A stretch of 63,313 nucleotides of DNA, filler included, from Stramenopiles sp. TOSAG23-2 (lineage: Eukaryota), in the NCBI GenBank assembly GCA_900128395.1. It is 9 parts of 9 records of this genome, joined end to end, with 100 filler letters (N's around TTAATTAATTAA, not from the genome) between each part and the next. Parts side by side here need not be neighbours in the genome. Positions count along the whole stretch, not along the records: positions 34,485 to 42,991 come from LT650197.1; positions 43,092 to 51,590 come from LT650198.1; 7 more parts are not named here. The stretch is one strand, 5' to 3'. Shown here one piece after another: positions 36,561 to 48,106 of this stretch. The notes beneath the pieces were generated by a model. It did not search any database. It had not been told where the DNA came from and saw only the letters and a list, made by a program, of their open reading frames with translations. A program made the translations under genes and the position numbers. Position 1 is the first letter of the stretch. Each line of letters starts with the position of its first letter.

Positions 36561-37165
36561 CTTTAAAATTTTGTTTAATTATATTTATACTTCTTAGACT
36601 ACATTACGTGATAGGAAGTAATAGAACTTGGCTTTATTTTTTAAAGTTAGCGAAATTGACACCTTTTTCACGCCACATACGTAAATTACACAAACTCATA
36701 AGTATCGTAGATATTATATTTCTACGTATGAGCATGTAATAAAAATTGGAGCATAGATAAATTATATACCATTGAAATTAGTTTGACATGTAGCCACATA
36801 CCGTTTGGTCATAATCGCGCTCGACGTTATATTTTTAATGAGATAAGGCACTACAGAGAGGTAAAAAATAGCTTGATTTTTCATACAAATATCACAAAAT
36901 AGCATCGTGTGAGAACGAAAATTACAAATATTGTATTGTATGGTAGATAGTATTTCTTATATATATTGATATTATATCGCCAGTGTTATTTTATACATTT
37001 GACTCTATTTAATATCAATTCAAGACAAATATTGAAGATGTGTTGCATCATTATAGTGCTATGTTGATTGTATGCGAGTACTGGAAAAGTATTTTGCCAG
37101 ATTCAAGGGATTGACATGGTTAGGATTAGGGTCTTGGGCTATTTTCAGTGCTGTGTTAATGCTTT

Positions 37166-37600
37166 GAATTTAGGCAGGAAAGTCCTGCCTAATTTAGAAA
37201 AAATTTTAGCATTATATTAATGCTATCCCATGCTAGCCTTCAACAAAAATAGGTGAATAGAGTTAGCAAAATAACTAATCAAGCCTGTGTCATTGTAGCT
37301 ACCCTAATAAAACTTTATAATGGATAACAATGGGAAATTTGACTTGTAATGCTATTTCATGGACCGCTTTGATAGGAAAAAAACAGAGATTTATAAAAAA
37401 ATGAAAGCTTCCTATATCACACTAACAGAAAATTGTACTTATTTCAATATAACAAAAAAAATCACGTTTTTGACTTTTGGGCAGGAAAACCTGCCTAATT
37501 TCAAATAGCAGGCAATAAGCTTAGGATTGATTTTAGGCTTATTCACCTGTTAGAGCTAAATTTTGATGTATCAGCCTGCCTAATTCTTCTAGATTTAGGA
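37166..37600. repeat. Degenerate foldback/MITE-like region with repeated GGCAGG..CCTGCCTAATT hairpins
   Basis: ttaggcagga-aag-tcctgcctaa (37170-37192), ggcagg-aaaa-cctgcc (37480-37495), cctgcctaatt (37575). aggtgaata at about 37251 vs tattcacct at about 37540. Confidence 0.5.
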
Positions 37601-38167
37601 ATATAAATAGTATCATTACCTGTACTACGAGGATATAGGATATATGTATTAGAAATAGAAGGCAGAAAGCGGACAAAAGCACAAAATATTGTGCTGTGAC
37701 GGCCTAAGTGCCTAAAAAAGTGTCAGCGTCATTGATTTTCATTTTGTCACGTAATTAAAAATAAACCAAACATTTTTTAAAAATTTCAGAGCAAAAAAAC
37801 CAATTCCACAATAATAGCAAGGGAATAGTATTGGAGATAACAAGGTGTGTACAAACAACAACACACATATTATCAATATAGAAATATGTGGTCGGTGTTG
37901 AAGTTAAATAACGAAATATAATAATATGTTATATAGACTATATATGTACTCGGAATATTATATAGACACAAACTACTGCATTCATTACAGAAAGACAAAA
38001 ACATCATTCTAGTAATACAATAAGAGAATATTATTTATAATAATAATAATAATATATATATATACATTTACAACAATAATTGTATTGTTACAACATTTAA
38101 ATATACATTTTGTATAAGGGAGATATAATAATAATAATTTCAAGAAATTAGTCGATAATAAACAAAA

Positions 38168-40633
38168 ATGTATTTCATTTTATCCATTCTAGTTTTATTA
38201 TCTTCTGACTTTTTTCGCCAATTCTTGGAAGAAGTAATTGGTGTGAATTTCGTACCTTATATGGTTGATAATCCAATGCTTTTATTATTCATATTTATTA
38301 GTGTAAGTTCTTTCACTTATATATTGATAAAAGTCATTCAACAAAAAATATCCAAAAATATGATGAAAAAGGATGATGCTGAACAAGAACGTATGATGAA
38401 TACTGAACATTGCATATTAGTCGATGAAAATGACAATATTATTGGGCATGATTCAAAGAAAAATTGTCATCTAATGACTAATGGTTTGAAATTACATCGC
38501 GCATTTAGTGTCTTCCTATTTGATTCGAAAAAAAGGTTGCTATTGCAAAAACGTTCGCTTGATAAAATAACATTTCCCAACTATTGGGCTAATACGTGTT
38601 GTTCCCACCCTTTACACGTTGATGGAGAAACGGATGGTGTAAATGGTGTGAAAAATGCAGCAAGGCGCAAATTGGAACAGGAGCTAGGGATAACGCCCGA
38701 TCAAATTCCACTGGATAGTATGACATTTGTTACACGGGTACATTATCGAGCAAGCTGCGACAATAAGAAATGGGGGGAACATGAAATTGATTACATTATA
38801 ATTTGTCAACCACCAAAAGACGTTGTGATGAAGTTAAATCCAAATGAAGTATCAGAAGCAAGGTATTTCACTGAAAACGAGTTAATTGAGTTTATGGAAA
38901 ATGGAAACAAAACTACGTATGGTTCTGATTTAATTTCTCCATGGTTTTGCATTATACAAAATGCATTTCTGCATAAATGGTGGAAGAAAATATTGACAAA
39001 TAAATCTGTCATCGATGAAACAGATCGTTTAAAAATTTATCGTGGTGAAATGGAAAAAATACCAATGATCTGTAAGAAGAACGAGAAGCAACAACCGTTT
39101 GATCCATCAAAAAAACAAGGAAGTTATGGCAAAGTGAAAATACATAAACATTCCATATTTGCACAATTATTGCATCCATTGGAGATTGCAGCAGCGGTAC
39201 GTTACAAATTGAAAAGTAAACGAAGAGGACTGTTATGTGAATCTGCACCAAAAAATGCAAGGCAAGAAGATATTATATTTTGTGAAGATATTTTATCAAG
39301 TGTTTCGAGAAGTTTTGCAGGGGTTATTAAAGAATTACCACCATGCCTACGATTGCCAGTAGCCTTGTTTTACCTTGTATTACGTGCGTTGGATACTGTT
39401 GAAGATGAAATGGATTTAACGCGCTTTGAACCGTATGTTACGGATGAAATTCAAGACACATATGATGTAAAAATCAATATGTTGCTTCACTTCCACGAAC
39501 GGTTAATGGAAAATATCCCATTATCAAAATGCACGTCAACAGGAATTGGAGAAGGTGATGAGAGAAAACTAGTGGAAGAATTTGACAAAGTAAATCGCGT
39601 ATTTAATACCTTAAGCATTGAACAACAAAATGTCATTGCTGATATTACAAAACGTATGGCAAAAGGAATGTCTGATTTTGCTGGTAGAGATTTAGCAGCT
39701 GGTACCAAAAACCGTACAGAATTTGATTTGTATTGCCACTATGTTGCTGGTCTAGTTGGTGAAGGATTGACGCGTCAATTTGTTGCATGTGGTTTGGAAG
39801 ATAAATCTATCAAAAATGCAAAAGGTATGCAATTGGCTAACTCCATGGGGTTGTTCTTACAAAAAACAAATATTACCCGCGATTATTTGGAAGATCTAGT
39901 CGACAATCGATCCTTTTATCCTGCGGATGTATGGTCTCTATATCATAAATCACTGCCGGATTTACGACATGGTGATGATAAAGCAATTCAATGTGTGAAT
40001 CATATTATCACAGACACGTTGGAACATTCGCAAGATTGTTTATCATATTTGGATCAATTGCGCGATAAAGATGTATTTCGCTTCTGTGCAATTCCACAAA
40101 TCATGGCAATTGCTACGCTGTCTGAATGTTACAACAATCGTAAAATTTTCACGGGTGTATTAAAAATCCGTAAAGGTTTAGCAGCACGTATGATACAAGA
40201 TTGTGATAATATGAAAAGTGTGAAAAAATGGTTTGCAAAATTTGCATCGAAAATTATGAATAGTGTTGAGCGTGATGATCCAAATGCTAAACGGACGATT
40301 GAATATTGCCTAGATTTAGGTGCAAAAAAATATATGGTACCAAATAAGATGTTATTCACGATGAATATATTTGCAGTTGTCTTAGGCATATTTCTAGGCA
40401 GTCGTGTTTACCACAATCGTATTGTTGGTGGTAAAAACAATGGCAAAAATTTTATGCCAAAACTTACAGATACAATGGAAGTTGCTGAATTGGGAACGTT
40501 ATTTGTAGTTATCATTTATTTACTAGGTTTTAGCGGCGTGGTTGTTGCTGCAAACCTTTTAAATAGCAACAATGATGCCACTAGTAGCTTTGGTCGAAGC
40601 AATGCATTAAAAAGCAAAAAAAAGAAATTATAA
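38168..40633 (+). CDS. IDISQS: Isopentenyl-diphosphate isomerase / squalene synthase fusion (IDI-SQS)
   Basis: IDI: LHRAFSVFLF, NTCCSHP, WGEHEIDY. SQS: VSRSFA, YLVLRALDTVEDEM, YCHYVAGLVGEGL, MGLFLQKTNITRDYLEDL, FCAIPQIMAIATL. C-terminal TM segments. Confidence 0.95.
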   Translation: MYFILSILVLLSSDFFRQFLEEVIGVNFVPYMVDNPMLLLFIFISVSSFTYILIKVIQQKISKNMMKKDDAEQERMMNTEHCILVDENDNIIGHDSKKNCHLMTNGLKLHRAFSVFLFDSKKRLLLQKRSLDKITFPNYWANTCCSHPLHVDGETDGVNGVKNAARRKLEQELGITPDQIPLDSMTFVTRVHYRASCDNKKWGEHEIDYIIICQPPKDVVMKLNPNEVSEARYFTENELIEFMENGNKTTYGSDLISPWFCIIQNAFLHKWWKKILTNKSVIDETDRLKIYRGEMEKIPMICKKNEKQQPFDPSKKQGSYGKVKIHKHSIFAQLLHPLEIAAAVRYKLKSKRRGLLCESAPKNARQEDIIFCEDILSSVSRSFAGVIKELPPCLRLPVALFYLVLRALDTVEDEMDLTRFEPYVTDEIQDTYDVKINMLLHFHERLMENIPLSKCTSTGIGEGDERKLVEEFDKVNRVFNTLSIEQQNVIADITKRMAKGMSDFAGRDLAAGTKNRTEFDLYCHYVAGLVGEGLTRQFVACGLEDKSIKNAKGMQLANSMGLFLQKTNITRDYLEDLVDNRSFYPADVWSLYHKSLPDLRHGDDKAIQCVNHIITDTLEHSQDCLSYLDQLRDKDVFRFCAIPQIMAIATLSECYNNRKIFTGVLKIRKGLAARMIQDCDNMKSVKKWFAKFASKIMNSVERDDPNAKRTIEYCLDLGAKKYMVPNKMLFTMNIFAVVLGIFLGSRVYHNRIVGGKNNGKNFMPKLTDTMEVAELGTLFVVIIYLLGFSGVVVAANLLNSNNDATSSFGRSNALKSKKKKL

Positions 40634-40941
40634 AAAATAGTTTCTTCTATAGTTTACAATTATGCATATGAAAGTGGGCGACGAAATAAAAATTAAGTTA
40701 AAAAACAGACAAGAACGGGAACCAAGTGCGATAGAAACAATGCTTGCCAATGTAAAGATTGAAGCACTATGGCAAATACCGAAATAGTTTGTTAGAAGAA
40801 GCGTATAAAGCAAGAAAATATTTTTAAATAAAAATATTAATCACACATCATACATACACACGTAGATAAGAGTTCTCTCGTACTTCGTGGACCATTTTTA
40901 TCTCTCTCACGCTCTTTAAGTTGGTATTTGAAAAAAAGTCG

Positions 40942-42073
40942 TTATTCCTTGCCCAACGCCCAGTCATTTGCAAACATGTTTGATTCCACACGTATATTTT
41001 CCCTGGGAACATTTGTTCGTACTTCTCCATAATCAAAATGGATAACATATCCGTATTGCTCATCTATGCATACTTGTTTTATTCTACCTCTATAAAATAA
41101 AAAATCTAAATCTGGAACAGTTGCAAAAACTACAGTACCAACTTCCAACATTTTGTAAATCAGATGCGAAGGTATATCAGATACCATAGCATCATCATTA
41201 TAATGTACAGTATATAAATTATCATCTTCGTTTATATCGACAATCATTCCTGGGAAATATCCTTCCCATTCACTATTTCTCGTTTCCACAATATCATCAA
41301 TTTGAAAGGTGGATTGCAACGATCCAATAGGTGTATTAAAGACTATATTACTATACTCATTTTGCGTTTTTGCGCCGTTTTTTTTAGTTTCTTTTTTTTT
41401 GCGACTTTCAAAATGAACCACACAAGTTGCTTGATTTGTACTTTTGCTCTCTTTTTCACCCTTTTCGTCAAAATTAAAATGAGAAAATTTGCCATATTCA
41501 TATTTATGCGTTTGCATATTTAAAGCATGTACAATATCCCCTTTATGATAAACAATCCGCTCAATGCTGGCTGGCAAAATTTCTTCAATATTGCCATCAT
41601 CAAATTTTACCGTACATGTTAATTTGATATCATTAAGAGTCTTATCTAACAAAATTCCAGACATATGTTGAAACACCCCACTCGTTGTATTAAGCATGTT
41701 GATGTTACCGCATAAGACTCGATCATGCAATTCTAGTCCATCTGCTTGTTGTTGATTTTCATGACACTTTTTTACAAAGAAGTTATTAGCCTCTGATAAT
41801 AATGATTGTACATTATGAACCATACATTTACAACGATACATACGTACGATAGATTGAATCTTTACAACAGCTTCTTCCTCTTTCTCTTTTTCTATTTCTT
41901 CTTTTTGTTGTTCTTGTATGTCTTGATCATCATCATCTTTATTTACTGCGATGGTAGACTCATTCGTAGTTGATTCTATTGATACAGGTTCTTCTTCCTC
42001 TTCTTCTTGTTGTTCTTGTTGTATGTCTTTATCATCATAATTTTTATTTACTTCAATGGCGTGCTCTTCTTTT
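40942..42073 (-). CDS. 3' part of a gene with acidic repeats, an IQ motif and tandem Tudor/Agenet-like domains; joined to its own upstream part by an inversion
   Basis: IQ motif AVVKIQSIVRMYRCK. Tudor-like FQIDDIVE..YFPGMIVDIN.D..YTVHYND and YRGRI...YVIHFDYGE. ORF residues upstream of 42073 are antisense of the EF-hand gene. Confidence 0.65.
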
Positions 42074-42991
42074 AAAGTCAAACATACACGATGAAAATAT
42101 TGGTGATAGTGTTGATGGTGCATTAGAAGCCGAATTTGAATTAAGCATATTACAAGCATATATTGACTTAGTATGGATCAAATACGATACGGACGGTAAC
42201 GGCACGATATCTGTAGATGAAACAAAGCAACTGTTATCAGATATTACAGGTCATGAATCAATATCACATGAAGAATGTGAGCGATTTGTAAAAGCATTAG
42301 ATACGCAAGAAAAAATGAAAGATCATGAAATCAACCATGTAATTGACAAAGACGAATTTATATTTTTCGTTGATGATATGATGCAAATGTCAATAGATGA
42401 TAGAAATGAATATGCTACACGTGGTTCATTTCAACAAATATTAATGGACTTTGCAAATAGTATTGTTAACCAATTCAAAAAGTATCAAACAGAGACAATG
42501 GAATTATATAAACAGTTTTCTACATATATTTTTAATAATTATGCTGATGATAAAACTAAATTGACAATCAAAACATGTGCAGTATTATTACAAGATATAT
42601 CATCAGAGAATTCTATATCAAATGACATAGTTCAAGCATTTATCAATCAAGTAAGAAACGAAGATGGACATTTAAAGGATGATGAGGAAGAATCAGAATC
42701 AACTACATCATATGATATATCTGAAGATCAGCTACATGTATATATTGTAAAAGTAATGTGTATGGATAATGAGAAAAAGGAAATTTATGGGTCCCAAAGC
42801 TCATATCACGACTTTTTACTAAAAGTTTTCAAAGGTATTAATGCTAAATGGAAACTTTACAAAGAAGAGCACGCCATTGAAGTAAATAAAAATTATGATG
42901 ATAAAGACATACAAGAACAACAAGAAGAAGAGGAAGAAGAAGAAGAGGAAGAAGAACCTGTATCAATAGAATCAGCTACAAATGAGTCGCT
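42074..42991 (+). CDS. Internal gene fragment with repeated EF-hand modules followed by acidic repeats (partial at both ends)
   Basis: YDTDGNGTISVDE EF-hand; two homologous modules. Ends in KEEHAIEVNKNYDDKDIQ..EEEPVSIES, the same repeat that opens the minus-strand fragment. Confidence 0.7.
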
Positions 42992-43091
42992 NNNNNNNNN
43001 NNNNNNNNNNNNNNNNNNNNNNNNNNNNNNNNNNNTTAATTAATTAANNNNNNNNNNNNNNNNNNNNNNNNNNNNNNNNNNNNNNNNNNNN

Positions 43092-43439
43092 AAACCTCAC
43101 AAATCACTTCTTGATGATGATGGTGTTGGTGATGCAGTCGATGATATATATTTTTTATCTCCTAATTTCTTCCAATTTTGAATATAATAACTTGCTTCTT
43201 CCGTTGAACATGGTGTAAATTTCACACTAACACTTGTTAAACCAGCAAGTGCATTGACATTTAAATCAAATTCATGTTTATTTACATAATGTGCAACAGG
43301 TACTTTTAATCCATATTTCTTTAATACATCTTCCATACATTTTGCTGGTCTTATTTTGACATCTTTACTACCTAAAAGTACACGATCGACGTAATCAATA
43401 ACATTGTCTTTACACCATGATAAATGGACATCCCCATTG
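43092..43439 (-). repeat. 348-bp inverted copy of 47583-47930 (3' end of the EF-hand gene); probable MDA chimera
   Basis: Reverse complement matches with one visible substitution (KDN vs KEN); starts exactly at the contig end. Confidence 0.92.
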
Positions 43440-43970
43440 CCTGTATTTAAACTGTGACCTATTATAGATAACAGATAGGCGTGCTGTGTCAGTGCTATAT
43501 TAAACAATTTCATTAGCATAGGAATAGCACTTGTATCTTGAACCTCACAGCGTTTTGAATCTTCTTGCCAGCACACACTCTAATAATGCGAAATTGTTTT
43601 TCTCATATATTAAGGAAATATTCCAAATAAAACATAAGTATTTTTATCATATTGTAAACTAGCAATATTTACCTATATATATTTTGCAAATTAAATTTTA
43701 AAAATATTAAATACAATATATTCTGGCTTTCACATATCTCTAATATATATTAATTTATCCCTTATATATTACGTTTCCACAGGCATCTACGAGTTTTTTT
43801 TTTACTTTTTTTTAACACGCACCACTATTGAAACTATTGAAAAACTATTGAACCTAACTACTATTTTATACCCTTTATTATAAGTCTAATAAGAGATATT
43901 ATTTACAATTTACAACAAAAGACAACAAGCCTTATACAACAAGACAAGAATAAAAAACAATCTACATGTA

Positions 43971-46411
43971 ATGAAAAAGAAAAGGAAAGAAAACTTACAC
44001 CATTACAAAAACATGGGAAAATTACAACAAATATGTTCATTAATACTTGCAGCGATGTTTTTTATTTTAGGTTGTTATAATTATTTCACCGCATGGCATG
44101 GTAATTATTATAATAATCATGCTAATAATATTAATAATTATTATAATTTTTTGGTAAAAACAAAAATAAAAACGAGGAATAATAAGAAACAACAAACCTT
44201 ACGTAAACGAAAACGTGGTTTACATCCACATCCACATATGGAAAATTTTGTATCAACAACGACAACAAAAACTACAAATATTAAAAGTCATCGTATAGAA
44301 GAAGAAAATAAAAAAAGCAATAACAACAACAACAACAACAAATGGAAAGGTAAAATAGCTCATTATGGTAATGTTCCACTACAAGGATACGATATTCAAT
44401 ACAAAATGGAATTATTTATTGATAACTTCATAATAGAAACAATGTCCGATAATGTAGAATTTGTTAATTCACAAAAAATACGTGAATCAAAAGTAGTATT
44501 AAAATTAGAACATCCATGGGAACGTAGTACTGGTTTTTTAAATTATGCAACTGTTATAGAAGATGAACGTGATGGTAGTTTATTGATGTATTATCGATGT
44601 TATGCATATAGACTTGGTATTGATAAAAAACCAACAACAGCAACAAAAGCTTATATGTTAGATCGAAATTATTGTGTTGCTAAAAGTACAGATGGTGGCA
44701 TGACATTTATAAAACCTGAATTAGAATATTATACATGGGGTGCTGATAATAGAAAAACAAATATTATTGGTATAGAATTCGATGCATTTACACCAATATA
44801 TGATAATCGTCCAAATATATTAGAAAATGAACGATTTAAATCATGTGGTTCACATCGTCAAAATATTTGGAATATGTATGCATCACCAGATGGTTTAAAT
44901 TGGCATATCGTAAAAAAACAAATTGTAGATACACGTAATGTTATAAAGAAAAAAAAAGGTTTAATATATGCATATGATTCTACGATGAATTTAATATATG
45001 ATGATGTTGGAAAACGATTTTCATTATTTACACGTGGGGTGAAAAAATGGACTCAACGTACAGTCATGTCTGGCATTGCACAAAAACCTTCTTCTTCTGC
45101 TGATCTTAATAATGATTGGGCTACGTTTATTGATGAAGCAGATCAAACAAAACCAAGTGCAAATTTTGAATTAATTAAAATTCATCCACCATTTGAACCA
45201 TTTGAAGGATTATATAGTACGTTTCCACAAAAAGGTATTGGTGGTTCCAATGATAAATATACACAACATTTATGGTTTATGGCAGCTACAAGATACCATG
45301 GCGGGCGGTTATTTGTAAGTATAATATACATACATACATATATAAAGAAAACTTGAAAATAATAATAAATACTGCATTATATATATATACAAAAAACACG
45401 TTTGCTAACACACAAAATATTTTTTTTCAATATACATACACAAAAAAATTATATATCCTCTATCTATCTATGTATATATATATATACCAGCCGTTATGCC
45501 CAAACAAAAATATTTCAAAAAAAAATTATATACCATCATATTGTGAACTTGGTTTAACAGATGTTCAATTTCTATTTTCAAGGGATTCTCCATATAAATC
45601 CTCAATCGATAAACGGGGTATGGATTGGAGTCGACCTGTTGTAACTATGCCAATTGCAGATTTTGGTTCCCCTCATGATATTGTAACGAAAGATGATATA
45701 CATATTCGGCATTTTGAGCAAAGACGCACATGGGCAGTTGGTGGCATTCATCGTATACGAAATCAAGATGATTTTCAATTTTTTGTTTTACATAATTCAT
45801 GGTTACCATCTGTACATATTAAAAGATATGTTATGCCTCAATATAGATTTGGTGCCATTGCATGTAAAACAAGCTATAAAGGCCATGGTGGGGAAAAAGA
45901 AAAAATTTGTAATGTTGTTACAAAACCGATACATCTACATTTAGATGGTAGCCATAAAGATATAATATTAAACGTAAGAGTCACATCTATTTTTGGATAT
46001 GTTCAAGTTGGTATAAAAGATGCATTATGTCATGGACATAAAGATGATCAATGCAGAATAATACGAAATACAAATCATGGAATAAATGCTGACCAAAATA
46101 AAAAATTATCTAATGCATTTGGATATTTTACATTAGGTACGAATGAACGTATTATAAATGATGTTGTAAATAAAAAAGTAGAATATCAATGGTACGGGGC
46201 ACCAAAATGGTGGGATAAAAGAACATTTATTCAGAAAAATGGTAAAGAAGTTGAAAATATTGAAAGAAACACACAAAAACGGTATGGTCTATTACGTTTA
46301 GCAAAGTTATTGCGTAATATATTTCCAAAAGAAACCGGGAAAGATACATATCCAATTCAATTGACTTTTAATTTAAAAGATGCAGAGATATATGGTTTTC
46401 GATTTGAATAG
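43971..46411 (+). CDS. Type II membrane glycoside hydrolase-like five-bladed beta-propeller protein; exons 43971-45314 and 45491-46411 (754 aa)
   Basis: N-terminal TM. ELFIDNF, EHPWE, Y.TVI.D..G...MYYR, A.STDGG..F.KPEL, SPDGLNW, DVQ..FSRD, LNV..G.V.V, F.L.DA.IY.F.F. Phase-0 intron 45315-45490 (gtaagt..gctaac..ccag). Confidence 0.75.
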
Positions 46412-46419
46412 AAGATAAG

Positions 46420-46455
<36 letters not shown>

Positions 46456-46992
46456 AAGTAAAACAAGGGAATAATATTAATTTTCTTTACACCAGATAAA
46501 TAGAGAAATGCGGTTGTGTATAACAAGCTGCATGTGTGTGTAATTTTATAGACAACTATTATATTAATTGCGTGTGAGATTAAAGAGTTACGCTTTAATG
46601 TTCCATGCACTGGACGCACATTGCCCCAAGGTATTCTTCCGTTTAGCGTTTAGCATAAACACCCCTTTACGCTTTCCTTGAGTGAGAAATAGACATATAT
46701 ATTTGCCATTCATAAAGCGCTTTGTCTTTGCCCTTTTGTTCTTTTTGTGTTTGACATGTGTTGTGAAATTCAAAATATCGTTTGTTGACGACTGCACCAT
46801 TGGTCTTGGTTGACTTCTTTGGTTGACTTTTATCAATCGTTTTGATATAATATAGTATTCTTCGAAACAACGGTGTGATTTATAACTATATACAAAATAC
46901 AAAAAATGAATTTTGAATGGAATCAACAAAATAATACAAATTGGAGTAAGCTAATAAAAAAATATATAAGCTATAAACAAAAAATAACAATC

Positions 46993-47925
46993 ATGGAATT
47001 TCAATATTTATTACTCGTAGTATTCATAGTAATAAGCAATCATTTCATCATTGTTGTCTGTTCAATAAATGATCCAATATGTGCAATCAATAAAGAAACG
47101 GTACGTGAATGTTTATTTTTAAAAACAGATTTTAATCAAGACCAACAAATTACAAAAGATGAAATTAATAAAGGTATTTCAAAATATTTAAGTTATATAG
47201 CACAATTTACATTTAATCAAGTAGGTGGGGTTGATTATATCTTCAATCTATGCGATACAAATGGTGATAATGTTTTAACTAAAGATGAAAAAATGACAAC
47301 AGCATGTTTAAATAGTTGTAATATACGTGAAACCATTATATCCCAATTAAAATGTAATAATATTAATAATAATGTTAATGATAAAAAAATTAAAAAACAA
47401 GAAGCAACAAATACAAAGAAAACAACCACGAGAAAAGAGACGATGAAAAAAGTAGGAAATTCGCCATTATTATTTGAAGATGGTTTATATTGTGGTAGAA
47501 AAACATTGAATATGTGGTTAGTATCCTATACTGTCATTGCAACTGCACGTATTAAACAGAAAGCTTTATTTAACTTTCGTCTCAATGGGGATGTCCATTT
47601 ATCATGGTGTAAAGAAAATGTTATTGATTACGTCGATCGTGTACTTTTAGGTAGTAAAGATGTCAAAATAAGACCAGCAAAATGTATGGAAGATGTATTA
47701 AAGAAATATGGATTAAAAGTACCTGTTGCACATTATGTAAATAAACATGAATTTGATTTAAATGTCAATGCACTTGCTGGTTTAACAAGTGTTAGTGTGA
47801 AATTTACACCATGTTCAACGGAAGAAGCAAGTTATTATATTCAAAATTGGAAGAAATTAGGAGATAAAAAATATATATCATCGACTGCATCACCAACACC
47901 ATCATCATCAAGAAGTGATTTGTGA
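46993..47925 (+). CDS. Secreted EF-hand protein with an uncharacterised Cys-containing C-terminal domain
   Basis: Signal peptide MEFQYLLLVVFIVISNHFIIVVCS. EF loops DFNQDQQITKDE and DTNGDNVLTKDE. Confidence 0.7.
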   Translation: MEFQYLLLVVFIVISNHFIIVVCSINDPICAINKETVRECLFLKTDFNQDQQITKDEINKGISKYLSYIAQFTFNQVGGVDYIFNLCDTNGDNVLTKDEKMTTACLNSCNIRETIISQLKCNNINNNVNDKKIKKQEATNTKKTTTRKETMKKVGNSPLLFEDGLYCGRKTLNMWLVSYTVIATARIKQKALFNFRLNGDVHLSWCKENVIDYVDRVLLGSKDVKIRPAKCMEDVLKKYGLKVPVAHYVNKHEFDLNVNALAGLTSVSVKFTPCSTEEASYYIQNWKKLGDKKYISSTASPTPSSSRSDL

Positions 47926-48106
47926 GGTTTATAAGTGTGTGTAAATGCAAATGTTGTGTGTCACAAACAACTTGAGAGCATTTTGTGGGTAAATGGACAG
48001 AGAGTCTCTTTTTAAAAACTCTCAATTAATATTTTTTAAATTAGATCTTTTCCTAAATATACAAATATATTTCACAATAATTCACAATATCATATCATAC
48101 ATCATA

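Noticed and set aside
43097-43576. 159-aa ORF as a paralogue of the EF-hand protein
   Set aside because: It is the inverted 348-bp duplicate read through from non-coding DNA, with no ATG start.
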